DNA of 64,000 bases from the human T2T-CHM13v2.0 reference genome, Homo sapiens. How positions within the stretch are numbered: the stretch's first letter is position 1; each line of letters begins with the position of its first letter. This document shows positions 30,261-43,250 of this stretch, one piece after another. The stretch lies in NCBI RefSeq assembly GCF_009914755.1, contig NC_060928.1, one strand, 5' to 3'. The position numbers and the translations under genes are program-made. Under the pieces are notes generated by a model that was not told the DNA's origin, did no database searches, and saw only the letters and a list, made by a program, of their open reading frames with translations.

Positions 30261-30599
30261 TTCTGATAAAGCAAGTTAGTGTTTATGGGAAGAAAATCAA
30301 GCCACACATTTGAAGAAATGTACAGAAAAAGGAGACAAACAGGGAGAGGGTGAGAGTGGACCGCAAATTAAATTTGATAGGATACGAAGAAAAGAAAAGA
30401 AAAGAAAAGAAGCTAACAAGGTACAACACAAAATAGAAGAATGAGATTCCAGATGTGGAAGGAAAGCTTTCCATTCCAGACAGCATCAGTCAGGCCCACA
30501 TAGGGGTATCCTGTGGTACATTTATGAAAAGAATAAAGTTTTATAAAGAGCTAGAAAAAGAAATTTTAAAAGTAACCAATGTTTCTTTTTGAAAAGGCC

Positions 30600-30870
30600 T
30601 TTATGAGAAAAAAGAAAAGACTTTGGGATAATTTAATCTGGAGAAAGCAAATCCTAGAGGCAATTTAACTTGTTGAAGGGTTATTTATAAGGAGGTGACT
30701 AAACAGCTGTTCTCCAATTTCACAGGGAAAAGAATGAGAGGAAATTGATTTAAATTTCAGTATGAAGCTCAAGGCAGGCAAAGGAGAAGTGCTTGAGGGA
30801 GAACTGTTAATGATGAAAAAAACTAAATGGAAAACTGGATTTTTATGGCTTTTAAAAGATGGAAAATTAC
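30600..30870 (+). mobile_element. L3/CR1 3' fragment
   Basis: tttaatctggagaaag ... cagctgttctcc ... aatgagaggaaattgatttaaattt. Confidence 0.55.
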
Positions 30871-32121
30871 CTGTGTTGATTCATTTAGTTTGGGGGTAAA
30901 ACTACTAAACAAATATTTGAGGTGTGCCTTCTGTTCATTTATTCAAATGCCATGTATGAATCCCTACTATGGGCCAGATGCTCTGCAAGGCACTAGGAAT
31001 ACAAAGACCAAGAAGATATGGTGTCTGTTCTGTCTAAAGGCTGTATTACTGGGTACAAGAGCCACTGTGCTAAATACAAAGAAGCATGAAAATAGAGTCC
31101 TGCTCTCTCCTTTTCCATCCCCTGTGCCCAATATAAGCCCACAAATAAACAATATCATTTGAGAGATAACACAATCGCAGCTGAAAGGTTAAGTGACAAT
31201 GTTATTACTAGATAAAAACACAAAATAATAAGGCAAGGGATGTCACAAGCCATACATATTTCCATAGTAAGAATACAGGCAGCAAATGCTTTCAATTCAA
31301 GAGGAGACTAGTATAGGCTAGAATGTGCCTTTCAAGATCAATGGAATTTGAGAAAGTGAAGGAGAGCAAGCAGTCCAGGCAAGAGAAATAGCAGGAGCCA
31401 AGGAAGGAGGCAAGAAGCTGAGGGGACTGCTAACAGAGCAGCATGGTGAAAACTGGTGGGATGATGGGGGAAGTGTGGGGTTTAACACTGGAGGTGGGTA
31501 GGCTAGCTTTATAAAGACCAAATATCTGAGAATCTTTGCGTGGAGAATGAGCGGTACTGAGCGCTTCTGAGCCAAAGTAATGATGAAAGCAACATCTTCC
31601 GTGCAGTGGCTTAGCTTGGAGAGGGACTGAGGGCTCACCGTTACTGTGTCAGCTCAGGCACAAGATGGTAGGAGTCTGAACTCCTATGGTAGCAGCAGAA
31701 TGGATGAGACGGAGAGAAAGTGCAGGTGCTTATTCACTTAATTGATTTCCAAATACTATGTACTGAACTGTGCTCTGTGCTGTGAGGGGAGTGGAACACA
31801 GTGTCTATCTTCTTGGGCTTGGTAATTAACTGGATAGAGGACAGGAAAAGGGAGAATGACAGATGTAACTGCAAAAATGGCAGTCAGGGTGGAGGAGCTC
31901 TCTGGTGAGTTCGAATTCCTAAATTTTTATTTACACAAGCTGGAACAACAACAAAACGTCAAAATGTAAACAGGAAAACCAATCCTCCCAATATACGACT
32001 TCATGTGCACCATGGAAGATGCTGATTTTATCGCAGTTGAGTCAACGGGAAAGTATAGAAGCAAATATGCTTGTACTGGTTGAACTGTACCAAGTAATGA
32101 ATATTTGAAAAGACTTCTGAA

Positions 32122-32262
32122 GCCAGGCATGGTGGTGTACATGCATAATCCCAGCTACTCAGAAGGCTGAGGCAGGAGGACGCTTGAGCCCAAGAGTTTG
32201 AGGTCAGCCTGGGCAACATAGTGAGACTCTATCTCCAAAAAAAAAATTGAAAAAATAAAAAA
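32122..32262 (+). mobile_element. FLAM (Alu monomer)
   Basis: Single arm plus A tail; TSD aaaag(a/g)cttc. Confidence 0.85.
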
Positions 32263-33206
32263 AGGCTTCAAAGATAACAAGTAAGGTATTTTTTTAGGAC
32301 TGAAATGTTTCCAGATTTCATCTTTTGACATAAGTGAGATATATTCACAGATTTTCAATCATTTACCCACAGATAGGTATTTAGAAGCTTTCAGGAAATT
32401 CATCACCTCTCCTTGATAGCTCTTCTTTTTCTTCCTTCTCTTAATTTAATTTTGATTTAACTTCCTCTTGTCATTGCTTGCTTACAAATCACTGCCTCTG
32501 TGTCTGGAGCCAATTGGGGCTGTAAAGTACCCCACGACGCCTTCATCTGGGGACCTATTTATATATATTTTCTTATTTCAAGAGGTAGAGCTAGCCTGTA
32601 ACTCCAAAAGTTTCCAATCAACCATCACATTCTATTCTTTGGAAAAATATGCTTCTCTCCACAGTTAAGATGACATCAAACTACATATTTTGCAAGAATA
32701 TTTCCTTTCTACCTGTATAAAGATGAATTGTGCTTTGGGAATTCACTCACAAAAAAAGGGTTGAGTGTGGGTAATAAATGCTTAATAGCAATAACATTTT
32801 TTAAAACTTTCTACCAGTTAAAATTAAATGTAATTTCCTTATTACTTTAATGGAAACTTTTGGAGTTGAAGTATTTAACTAGTCTCTTTTACATCAAGTG
32901 TTCATTATATAATTCCCTTTTAATATTAGGTATGTAAACTGTCCATTGACAGAATAAAAACACACATTTCCACTGAAACAAAAACTGGAGAAGGACAAGG
33001 CAGCTTGATTCAGGATCTGATAATGGGTTACAGATTCCATTTCAGTTCAGATTTGCAGTCAACATGCCACAGAGTCATTTACCAGGTCATATTTGGAGGG
33101 AAAGTATGAACTGCCACGTCACTGAGAGAAAAATCTGTGTGAGCCTAAAATACTTGACTTTTCCCACTGTAATGCTGAGCCTAAGGAAGAAAGATAGAGA
33201 AAAAAA

Positions 33207-33314
33207 TTATATATATATAATTTTATATATATATATGTTTTTATATATATATAATTTTATATATATATGTCTTTATATATATATACACACACACACACAC
33301 ATATATATATATAT
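33207..33314. repeat. Compound (TA)n/(CA)n microsatellite
   Basis: Read directly. Confidence 0.95.
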
Positions 33315-33699
33315 TAAAAACTACCTTAAATTAAAAGGCAGTGATGATTTGGCCCAAGTTCTGGGCATGGGGAAGACATCCCTTAGCCACTGTCTTTCAG
33401 GGTCACCCTGAGTGAGGCTGCAATGCTGCCTTGTCCATTGCTGGCTGGTACTAGCCTACTGGCTAAATCATCCTAACCCCCAGGATGCTAGACTTACACA
33501 GCGGAAAAATTCTAGAGCTGGTGGGCAGACACCTAACCTGAGTCATGGGCTGTGGATGCAAAGCTTCTACCCAGTTCCCAAGCCAACTCCTCTTTTCCAG
33601 CCTTCCCATCTCCTGCTGGAGCCTCCCATTAGTTGACCCCTATCAGAAGCCAGGGGGCAAGGAAACCCCACTATGCAGCCCATAAAGATCAGCCTCTTG

Positions 33700-34071
33700 A
33701 TGTGATCCCCAATATTGGAGGGGGGGCCTGCTGGGAGGTGTTGGATCATGAGGGTTGATCCCTCATGAATGGCTTAGCGCTGTCCCCTTGGTGATAAGTG
33801 AATTCTTGCTCAGTTCACACAAGATCTGCTTGTTTAAAAGAGTCTGGGACCTCCCCCTTCTCTCTTCTTGTTCTCTCTCACCATGTGACACTCTTGCTCC
33901 CCCTTCACCTCCTGCCATGATTGTGAGCTTCCTGAGGCTTCACAAAAGCAGATGCCGATGCCATGCTTCTCGTACAGTCTGCAGAATCATAAGCCAAAAT
34001 TAACCTCTTTTCGTTATAAATTACCCAGCTCCAGGTATTCCTTTATGGCAATGCAAAAAATGAACTAATAC
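33700..34071 (+). mobile_element. MST (MSTB-like) MaLR LTR
   Basis: gggaggtgttggatcatg ... ataaattacccag ... gaactaataca. Confidence 0.85.
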
Positions 34072-34514
34072 AGGTTGTGTGGCTAAACTGCATCTTTCGG
34101 ATTGAGGCCCCCAGGTACTAGGAGAACTGCCTGCTGCTGGCTCACAGCCGAGTGTGTCTCAAGCAGCAGGAAGGTGCCTCACCCAACACTAGGGCCCTTC
34201 CCTGGGAGAAGCCCACAGACAATGGCTGGCCAATGCAGTGGTTAAAAAGCCCTGGCCCTTTGCCTCAATTGGGCAATTCTAAAAAGCCATCTCAGCTCCA
34301 GAGATCTCCACGGAACTGACCATTTAATGAACAAATAAAATCAAAAACTGGTATCCCAACAACAGAAAAGGGAATTACAATTTTTTTTCAAATGTCTATA
34401 ATCCATAAATTGGGTCTCCTTCCCTCTCAATGATTTTACTAACTAAAACCACAAATCCTTTTCTCTTTTCCCCAAAAGCAAACCACAACACTTATCTTTA
34501 AGAAACGCATGGTT

Positions 34515-34805
34515 GGCCAGGTATGGTGGCTCACACCTGTAATCCCAGCACTTTCGGAGGCTGAGACGGGCGGATCACGAGGTCAGGAGATCGAGACTAT
34601 CCTGGCTAACACGGTGAAACCCTGTCTCTACTAAAAATACACAAATTAGCCGGGAATGGTGGCTGGTGCCTGTAGTCCCAGCTGCTCAGGAGGCTGAGGC
34701 ACGAGAATGGAGTGAACCCGGGAGGCGGAGCTTGCAGTGAATCAAGATCGCGCCACTGCACTCCAGCCTGGGCGAGACTCCGTCTCAAAAAAAAGAAAGA
34801 AAAGA
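34515..34805 (+). mobile_element. AluY
   Basis: gagatcgagactatcctggctaacacggtg; TSD aagaaa(c/t)gca(t/c)ggt. Confidence 0.93.
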
Positions 34806-36060
34806 AATGCACGGTCACAAGGTAATTGTTGATTAAAAGAAAAAGGTTGGTTTGGAAGCAGCCATATTTCCCCAAAAGTTAGTCAAGCACTTTCAAATAT
34901 ATAATGTATGCACCAAAATATGCTCCTAAAGACAGCAGATGATGTGATAACATACTAAAGAGCAAATCCCCAGAGGCGTGGTCTGTGGAATGCCAAGTGG
35001 AGCACAGTTCCCAGCCTGGGACACACTTGCCACAGGACACCTGTGCATGCCCAAGAGCTGGGGAGGCAGCAGGCAACCGGAGAAGCACAGCACACACGTG
35101 CCAGGACTACTCATCTCACAGCACCAGGGACGTCATCTTGGGAGATAGCTTACCCTTCTGAACCTCGGTTTCTTCATGAATAAAGGAGCCTAACTTGAAA
35201 GGATAGTCAAATAAATTATAAAGCTTTTACCACAGGGCCAGGTACAGTAGGTGCTCAACAAGTGGTAGCCATTATTATCATTTATTATGCTTTAGAATAA
35301 CAACCAGAAACTAAGACATCAATGCAACATTTGTGGATGATTTTCTCATATAGATTAAGAAAGTCTGGATTGGAAATCCAGCTGAGTTACAGGAAAATTA
35401 CTCCCTTTACAAAAGATTTTACCACAGACTTCCTTTAAATAGCCCCCACCCCTCCACTGCACATTTAATATAGAATTAGATATTGCTTGCTCATAACATT
35501 TTTCTAATCAAAAGCTATTAATTCTCCATTTCCTACCACAGCAAATAAAAACTCATCTGCCAGGAGTTTTACTTGTTCTGTTTTGCTTTTCATTTCAAAA
35601 GTAAATGTGCTCATTAAAGAAATTCTGGATGATAGAAGCAGAAAAATAAATCACCCAAGTCCCATCACTCAGAAAAAGCCATGGTTAACATTTTGGTGAG
35701 TTCCCTTCCAGTCATTTCCATGCCTAGAGTTTTTTGGGTTTGCATACATAGTTTTAATTGTAATTGGTTTGGGTAGTTATTTTTTTAAGCTAACATAATA
35801 ATATAAGCATATATTAATTATATATAATAATATATAATTCTCATGTCATGACATACTCTTCAGTATGTCACATTTACCTAACAATTTCTCTATACTTGGG
35901 AATAATGCTGTAGTGTCTCTATGTAAGGTACTTGTGACAGCTGCCATCACCATCATCATCAAAATCATTATTATTGTATTATTAAGGCTGCTGCTGTTCT
36001 GTGAACATTTCTAAGGCTTTGTGAAAAAAAGAAAAGAAAAGAAACACTGCTGCTGCAAAC

Positions 36061-36346
<286 letters not shown>

Positions 36347-36585
36347 TAAAACTCAGAAAGACTTCCCACTTCTACAAAGTATGTCAACATTCATCTTCAT
36401 TTTCTTCAGTTTTGTTTTTACAGTTAAATCTTTAGTCCATCTAGAAATTTATTTTAATGTATGTATGAAACAAGGAACTAAAAATTTATTTTTTTCCCAA
36501 AGTGCTAACCAATTACCGCCAATCACTGAATAAATCTTCCTTTTCTTACTGATTTACAACACATCCTTTGGCATGGATAAAATTT

Positions 36586-36609
36586 ACACACACACACACA
36601 CACACACAC
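36586..36609. repeat. (AC)12 microsatellite inside an old L1M fragment
   Basis: Read directly. Confidence 0.9.
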
Positions 36610-38386
36610 CCTGGACTAATGGGTTTCACTAAAAAATTCATATATGCATATATTATTTTTTGGTGTAAAATGTTTTGGTATATATGCTGCCAAAGTGAGC
36701 ATTAAAGTAATAATTGCTGTGTTGACAACACTTTTTCTTCACTTCCAGGTACACAATACGTGTTTCTATTTATCCAAATCTTCTGTATCTGTCTACAAAA
36801 TTTTGCAGTTTGCTTCAACTAGGTCATTTACATTTCTTTTTAAGGTTATTACTAGAAACTCTTTTTGTTGCTACTATAAATGTTTCGTTATATTCTAAAT
36901 GGTTATTAATTAAATATAGGATCGCCATTGATGTTTGCCCACTAATGTTATACAATGGCTCTCGAGGCCTCTGTAATCAGGCCACAGCACCTCCCCGTTT
37001 CACACTGCTGAGTAAGAAGCCCCCACTGGCCTTGTTACGCTGGTTTCCTTACTGTCACTGAGCACACCAGGCTCATGTTCACCATCCATCCACTTGACTT
37101 GCTCTTCAAGGATCTGCTCCCAGGTCAAAGCTTTCCTAAGTAGACTGCCTCTAATTACATGCCTTTTTCTATACTCATCCAGAACTGGTAATAAGTCCTA
37201 AAACATTTAATACTTTCAAATAATATAGCAATAATTTTCCTTTTATCAATACTAGAACATTCAATTTTTTACATTTGAGAAAAGATTAAACAAAAAACAA
37301 ACTACATTTTTTGTCTTTTTAAGAGGCTATGATAAATTTGAAACAAATTTGGTAAAAATATACTGTTTGCTTAAAATACTAATAAACTAGAAGCAGCCTA
37401 AATAGCTTTCAACAGGGGTTCAGATAAATCAATTATTTATTACTATTTTTAATAGCTATGCAGCCAAATAAACTGGTGGTAAGAGCAATACATACTGATA
37501 TTTAAAAATTTCCAAAATACATTGTTTTCTACAATACTGTTATGTAACCCCTCTCTACTCCCCCAAGGAAGAGGGGAGGGCATATGGAGAGGGATTACAT
37601 AACCGTATTGTAGAAGAATCTTGATTTTATTTAACAGAAAAAATGTTTGGAAAGTTAAACACCAGAATTTTAACTATGGCTATTTCCTGACACTGGTACT
37701 AAATGTGAACTATTTTCTTCTTTATTCTGTTTAATGAGCACTTACTAATTTTATAATCAGATTTTAAAATAGTCAACTTCAAAAATGTGCCCTGCTAATA
37801 AAATTCCATTATAAAATTATATCACCACTTTTAAATCAAATACATTTGTGAAAACACACCAAAAATGCTAACTTTGAAAACAACAACAACAACAACAAAC
37901 CAAAACAAAAAAAAAACCTCACTCTTTCAGAGACTCAGGGAAAATATCACAAGGTAATGGGCAGTTATCACTGCAAAAAGTATTTAAAAATACATCCTGG
38001 GACTTTCAGATAAAGAGTACTGAGTCATGCAACCATCTCATTGAAAAGGTCCTTATGGATTATCTAGTCAAAACCTCTCATTAAAAAAATCAGAAGAGTG
38101 ACACCCAGAGAGGTTAGGTGAGTTCTCCAAGATCACATAGTAAGCTATTGGCAAAGGCCAAAAGTATTTACAATTCGAAACGTACACTTTTTAATTCCTT
38201 TCTCAATTCCTCTGAGTTAAGATATGCTGTAGCCTGTTACTTCTGCTAAGACTATAGAATTCACTGCTGGAGAAAATGTCCAAGAAAAGGCAAGTGTTCA
38301 TTTCACCAGAGTTTTCTTATCATTTGACTACAAATTAGATAGAAATGTTACAATATTGTGAAATGGAAGTGTCTCTCTCTTGGTTA

Positions 38387-38578
<192 letters not shown>

Positions 38579-40298
38579 TTAGATGGTGATAAGTAGAAGC
38601 TGGCAAACTTTAGTATTCATAGTCTTTGAGGATCTGAAAGTCTGTAACAAAGAAAAAAGTATTGCCGGGTTTAAAATTTCAACTGTGCTGCAAGCTTTCC
38701 ATATCTGAGTTATTGGGTTCATTCAATATATCATACTTTCATTCCTCTGGTTTATTCACTTTCTTTTAGAGGAGTTTTGAAGTTGCCTCTTTTTAAGTCA
38801 ATATTAAATGTAATACGCTTTAAACATAAAATGGTTTTCATACCATAAGCCATAATTAACATGTGTAGACTTCACTGATACTTTACCCACCAGAGGGAGT
38901 CCATGTGGATTTCCATGTAGTAAGAGACGTCAAACATCAAGTTTACATGAATTCAACAACCACATTATTCATAATACAATCAATATTATAAAATCACTCA
39001 ATAATATATTTCTATCCCCTGAAAAAGAGAAAAATTAAATGAGATCGGGCACATAAAGTCCTTAACCGAGTTCCTGACCTATAGCAGAAGCTCAAAAATG
39101 ACTGAGTTTCCAAAATCTGTATTCTTCTGCACATTAGTTACAGTGCTTACAACAAATTAACTGGTATTCTGACTTACACACAAGTTGACGTGAGCTTGGC
39201 TGATATCTGCCCTAACAGATGGCTCTAGCCTCAATATGTAGAAAAATCTGGTTCTTGGGCCTCCAAAATGAAGCCAGCCCCTGATGGGAAGAATTCACTA
39301 AAAACGTCACACTGAGAAGACGTGTTTCTGCAGCCCTACCCTAGTAGGTGAGACACATAATAATTGGTCAACTGCCAACTCAAAAGTGAGGAAAGAGGGA
39401 ACTCTTTGACACACTCCAGATTCTTCATGGAATGCAGGAGAAAATGAATCAACTATCCCTGAGAATCATGCTTCTACAACATGTGATATAATCATTAACC
39501 CCAAGATGAGTTTCATTCAAGAATAAAGAAAGCAGAACTGAGAATAACAGGAGAGAACCTGGCATCCACACGGGCCATCCTAAGTTTCTACCTCCTTGTA
39601 CTTCTCGCCACCATAAGTCCCAGCCTAGTGATGGCCGTATTGCTGAGACAGGTCTCAATCTCCATGCAACTGGCTGGGCATAGGTACATAGGCACTGGGT
39701 ATCTATTTTGTACTCAACTGTCTCCAAGGTCTAAATGTGGCAAAGCTGAAGGACCCCATTGAGTTCCTCAATCCAGGTTTATCAGTAAGCACTGCTGCTG
39801 GGGAGTTATCCACCACATGCTGTCTTAATAAAACTCCAGTGTCCATGGGCTCCTTGGATCTATTCTCTACTATTTAGAATTAAGAAGAAGGCATGAATAA
39901 CTGGCACTCAACTCTAACCCTGAAAACTCTGTTATTGTAATCTTCTACCATTTAACTTTTCAACCAGAAAGCTGGAAATTATTCTACCTCCTCCTCTTTC
40001 TATTTCCACTAATTAGTTACTAAGTTTTACTAAGTTTGTTGAGCCTACCTACTAAATACTAAATACCTACTTCATCTATTTTTCTCCCATCCAACCCTAC
40101 TGTCACCGGCTCCTCAGTTTCACCTGAATTACTGCAACAGCATCCTGCTTAGCTCTCCATGTCAGTCTTGTTACATTCCAAACCCATCATCAACACTGCG
40201 GATTAGTTTAAAATACAAACATGATCCTTTCGTGCCTCTGCCGCATAGCCCAGAGCATAAAGTACAAACTCCTCAGCACTGCTAACAACGCTCTCATC

Positions 40299-40508
40299 TA
40301 AGAGTTGGCAAACTTTTTCTCTAAAGGGTCATACAGTAAATATTTTAAGTTTTGCAGGCCTCTGCAGGCTATCGCTCTGCTGCTACAGCATGAAAGCATT
40401 CTTGGCCTATATTTAAACAAATGAAAATGACATATTCCAATAAAACTTTATTTACACAACTAGGCAGTGGGCCGGATTTGGCCTGTGGGCCAGTTTGTGG
40501 ACCCCTGC
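40299..40508 (+). mobile_element. MER58A (hAT-Charlie)
   Basis: gttggcaaactttttc ... ccaataaaactttattt ... gggccggatttggcc ... gacccctg. Confidence 0.85.
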
Positions 40509-41849
40509 TCTAACCTACTTCAGTACAACCTCACCCCCTGACACTCTGACCCTCACCCGGGCCTCCTCCAGAAAAGGGCTCTAGTCACACCAGTCTTGCC
40601 TCTGGCCCCAAACTGCCCTACTGTTGTGTGCCACTGCCTTTGCTCACACCCATCCCTTCTACCTACGTCTGGTGGAATGGTTTTTCTCCTTAAAAGCCAA
40701 GTTTGATGATCACTTTGAGGTTTCCACTGATTCTCCCCTAAAGAGATTTAGGTATCCTTTATCTATCTTTTCAAAGAACAGGTTAATATGCCTCATAGTT
40801 TTTTTATGGCCCCACAATGCCTGACACACCAGATGTTCAGTGTTTATTGGATGATGGTATAAATCAATTATTGAATAAATACATTTCAAAACTTACAGTC
40901 CTCCTAAGTCTTGGGCAAAATTCAGAAGTGTAATCCACACAAAGGACTCACAATCTCATGAAAACTCTGCAGTGCTGAGCTCTCCTTATAGTACACACTC
41001 AGTTATTGCAATCCATAAAAACACAGCATCATGAAGCTAAAACAGGCCCTGGAGAGCATTAAAGCAGTGGTTTTTAAACTGTGTGTCTCTGGGCCCTCTG
41101 GTTGGTTCCTAGGGGTTCCTCAAGGAGAGGGGGAAGGTAACAGAAGGGTAGTAGGCTGGCGAATGAACCTCTCTCCCCAAACCTCTCACTCCAGCTTTTA
41201 CCAAAGCTGCTCCTTATTTCATTAGCTAAAAGGTTCCTGCCATATTTAAAAAGAAATCTATATGATTCAGCACACTCATGCTCTGTTCACAGCTTGCATT
41301 CTAAACCTCCATTGTTTCCCAATCCTACTTCTGTATGGTTTGGCCCTATCTCCTGTCCTTCCTGCCTCTCATGGACTCACTGTACCTGTTGCATGATACT
41401 GCTTCTTTGAATCATGCTCCCTCAACTGAAATCCCCTAACTATGATTATACTCAACCCTTAGGTAAAATTTATAATCCAGGTGGTCCCAGCTCAACCTTT
41501 GGGTCCCAACACTGGCACAGAAAGTCAACACTGCCTCTGAAAAGGAAATCAAGGAGGACCTGGGGAATCAATGCTAAAAAAGTTACAGTTGTTACTCATA
41601 CCTGAGTTGTTGTGCTACCTGTGTCTGCTTTTCCACTAGAATGTAAATGTGTTGAGGGAGGAACGGAATCTTAGTAATAAAAGCTACTATTTACTGAATG
41701 TTTACTCTTAATACCGGACTAAGTATAAATGTGCATCATGTAATATTCAAGAATCATGTGAGGATCACAGAGCTTTAGAACTGCAATGAGCCTTGGACAG
41801 AGATCACCTAGCCCCAAAACTGAGAGAGACAGTAGATTAACAGTTATTC

Positions 41850-42300
41850 ATTAATTCAAGAAGTATTTATTAAGCACCTGCATCCCCACACTGTTCTAGA
41901 AGCTACAGATTCAGTGCTAACAACACAAAGTTCTTCATTTTCAGAAAACATATATTCGAGTAGACAAACAACAAATAAATGGATATATGATCTGCTAGGG
42001 GAAGGGACAGAAAAAGGAGGCCACTTTACGCAGGGCATTCAAGGAAGGCCTCACGGAGGCAACATTTAACCAGAGACCTGAGGAACTGAGAGATCAAGCC
42101 ATATGGAATCTAGGAGAAAAGTGTTCCAGGTAGAGGGATGCAAAGGTTCTAAGCGGGAAATGTGCCTGATGCATGTGAGAAAATGAAAGAGGCCAGAATA
42201 GCTGGAGTAGAGTGAGCAAAAGGAGGGGGAGAGGAGGTGAGGCCAGAGAGGGAGCAGGGCCAGATCATCTGGCTTTGGGCCACTCCAAGAACTCTGAATT
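41850..42300. mobile_element. L2a-like fragment
   Basis: tatttattaagcacct ... gttccaggtagagggatgcaaagg ... ggccaga ... gctggagtagagtgagc. Confidence 0.7.
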
Positions 42301-42889
42301 TCAGCCAAAGATTCAAGATAATCAATTCCTAAAAATAAGTAAATAAAAAACGAAGTTTAGCTTCCACAAAAGAATGTATTATCAAGAACAAAATCTCATC
42401 TGCATGCCTAATCTGAAAATAGAGTTCCCAGCAATTCAGGATCATTATTACCTTATTTAGAATCAAAGTGTCCTTATTCTACAAGAAATCTCTGCAGTTA
42501 TCTAATCGAAGCTTTCAGTTTTACTAATGTGGAAACTGAGGCCCAGAGAAATCACATGAGCAGCCCACTTACTGGCAGACCTGCGGCTAGAACATGGGTT
42601 CCTGCTTTCCTGTGCGGTGCTCTTCAGTAGCCCCTGCTGCCTCTGCACAGCAGTTCGGTGCTTACGGGTTTCTTGCTTACCTGTGTGGTAGCCCCCCCTG
42701 GCTCCTGTAACCTTTATAAGTCAGTAAGAGAATAGAAGAGCTGCCACTATGAGGCATCTCTAGGCCTATCCTCACCCCAGAACCTGTCATTATAAACTCC
42801 TGCATTTTCTAGTTTCTCATTCCCCACAGAGTTGAAGACAGCCAGGCAGGCAAGGTGAAGGCACATCAGGCACTGTCCCAGGCACTGTG

Positions 42890-43250
42890 AGGGATGTTTT
42901 TGTTGCTTTTGCTTGCCCAACATTCCTTACTCCCTATTCCCAGACAGGGCACTGCCTTTTCCATGATTCTGGTGGGGGCTACATAGCATCCAAGCCACCT
43001 ATTAACCACAGATTGAGGTGGACATAGACCTGACCAATTAAAGAAACATTCCTCTGGCTATAATGACTACTGTAAGAGAGAGCAGAGGATCAAGCAGAAC
43101 CAACTAGATTTCCTTCCTGGGCTTTATGGATAAGAGCTAGAGAAAGAAGCTCTATCCCTGAATTTTCCAGTTATATGAGCTAAGGTATTCCCACTTTGTT
43201 CAGGTTAATTTACATTAGGTTACTATTACTTGCAAACAAAAGAACTCGGA
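42890..43250 (+). mobile_element. Old MLT1-type LTR
   Basis: cctgaccaatta ... ttttccagttatatgagc ... tacttgcaaacaaaaga. Confidence 0.5.
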
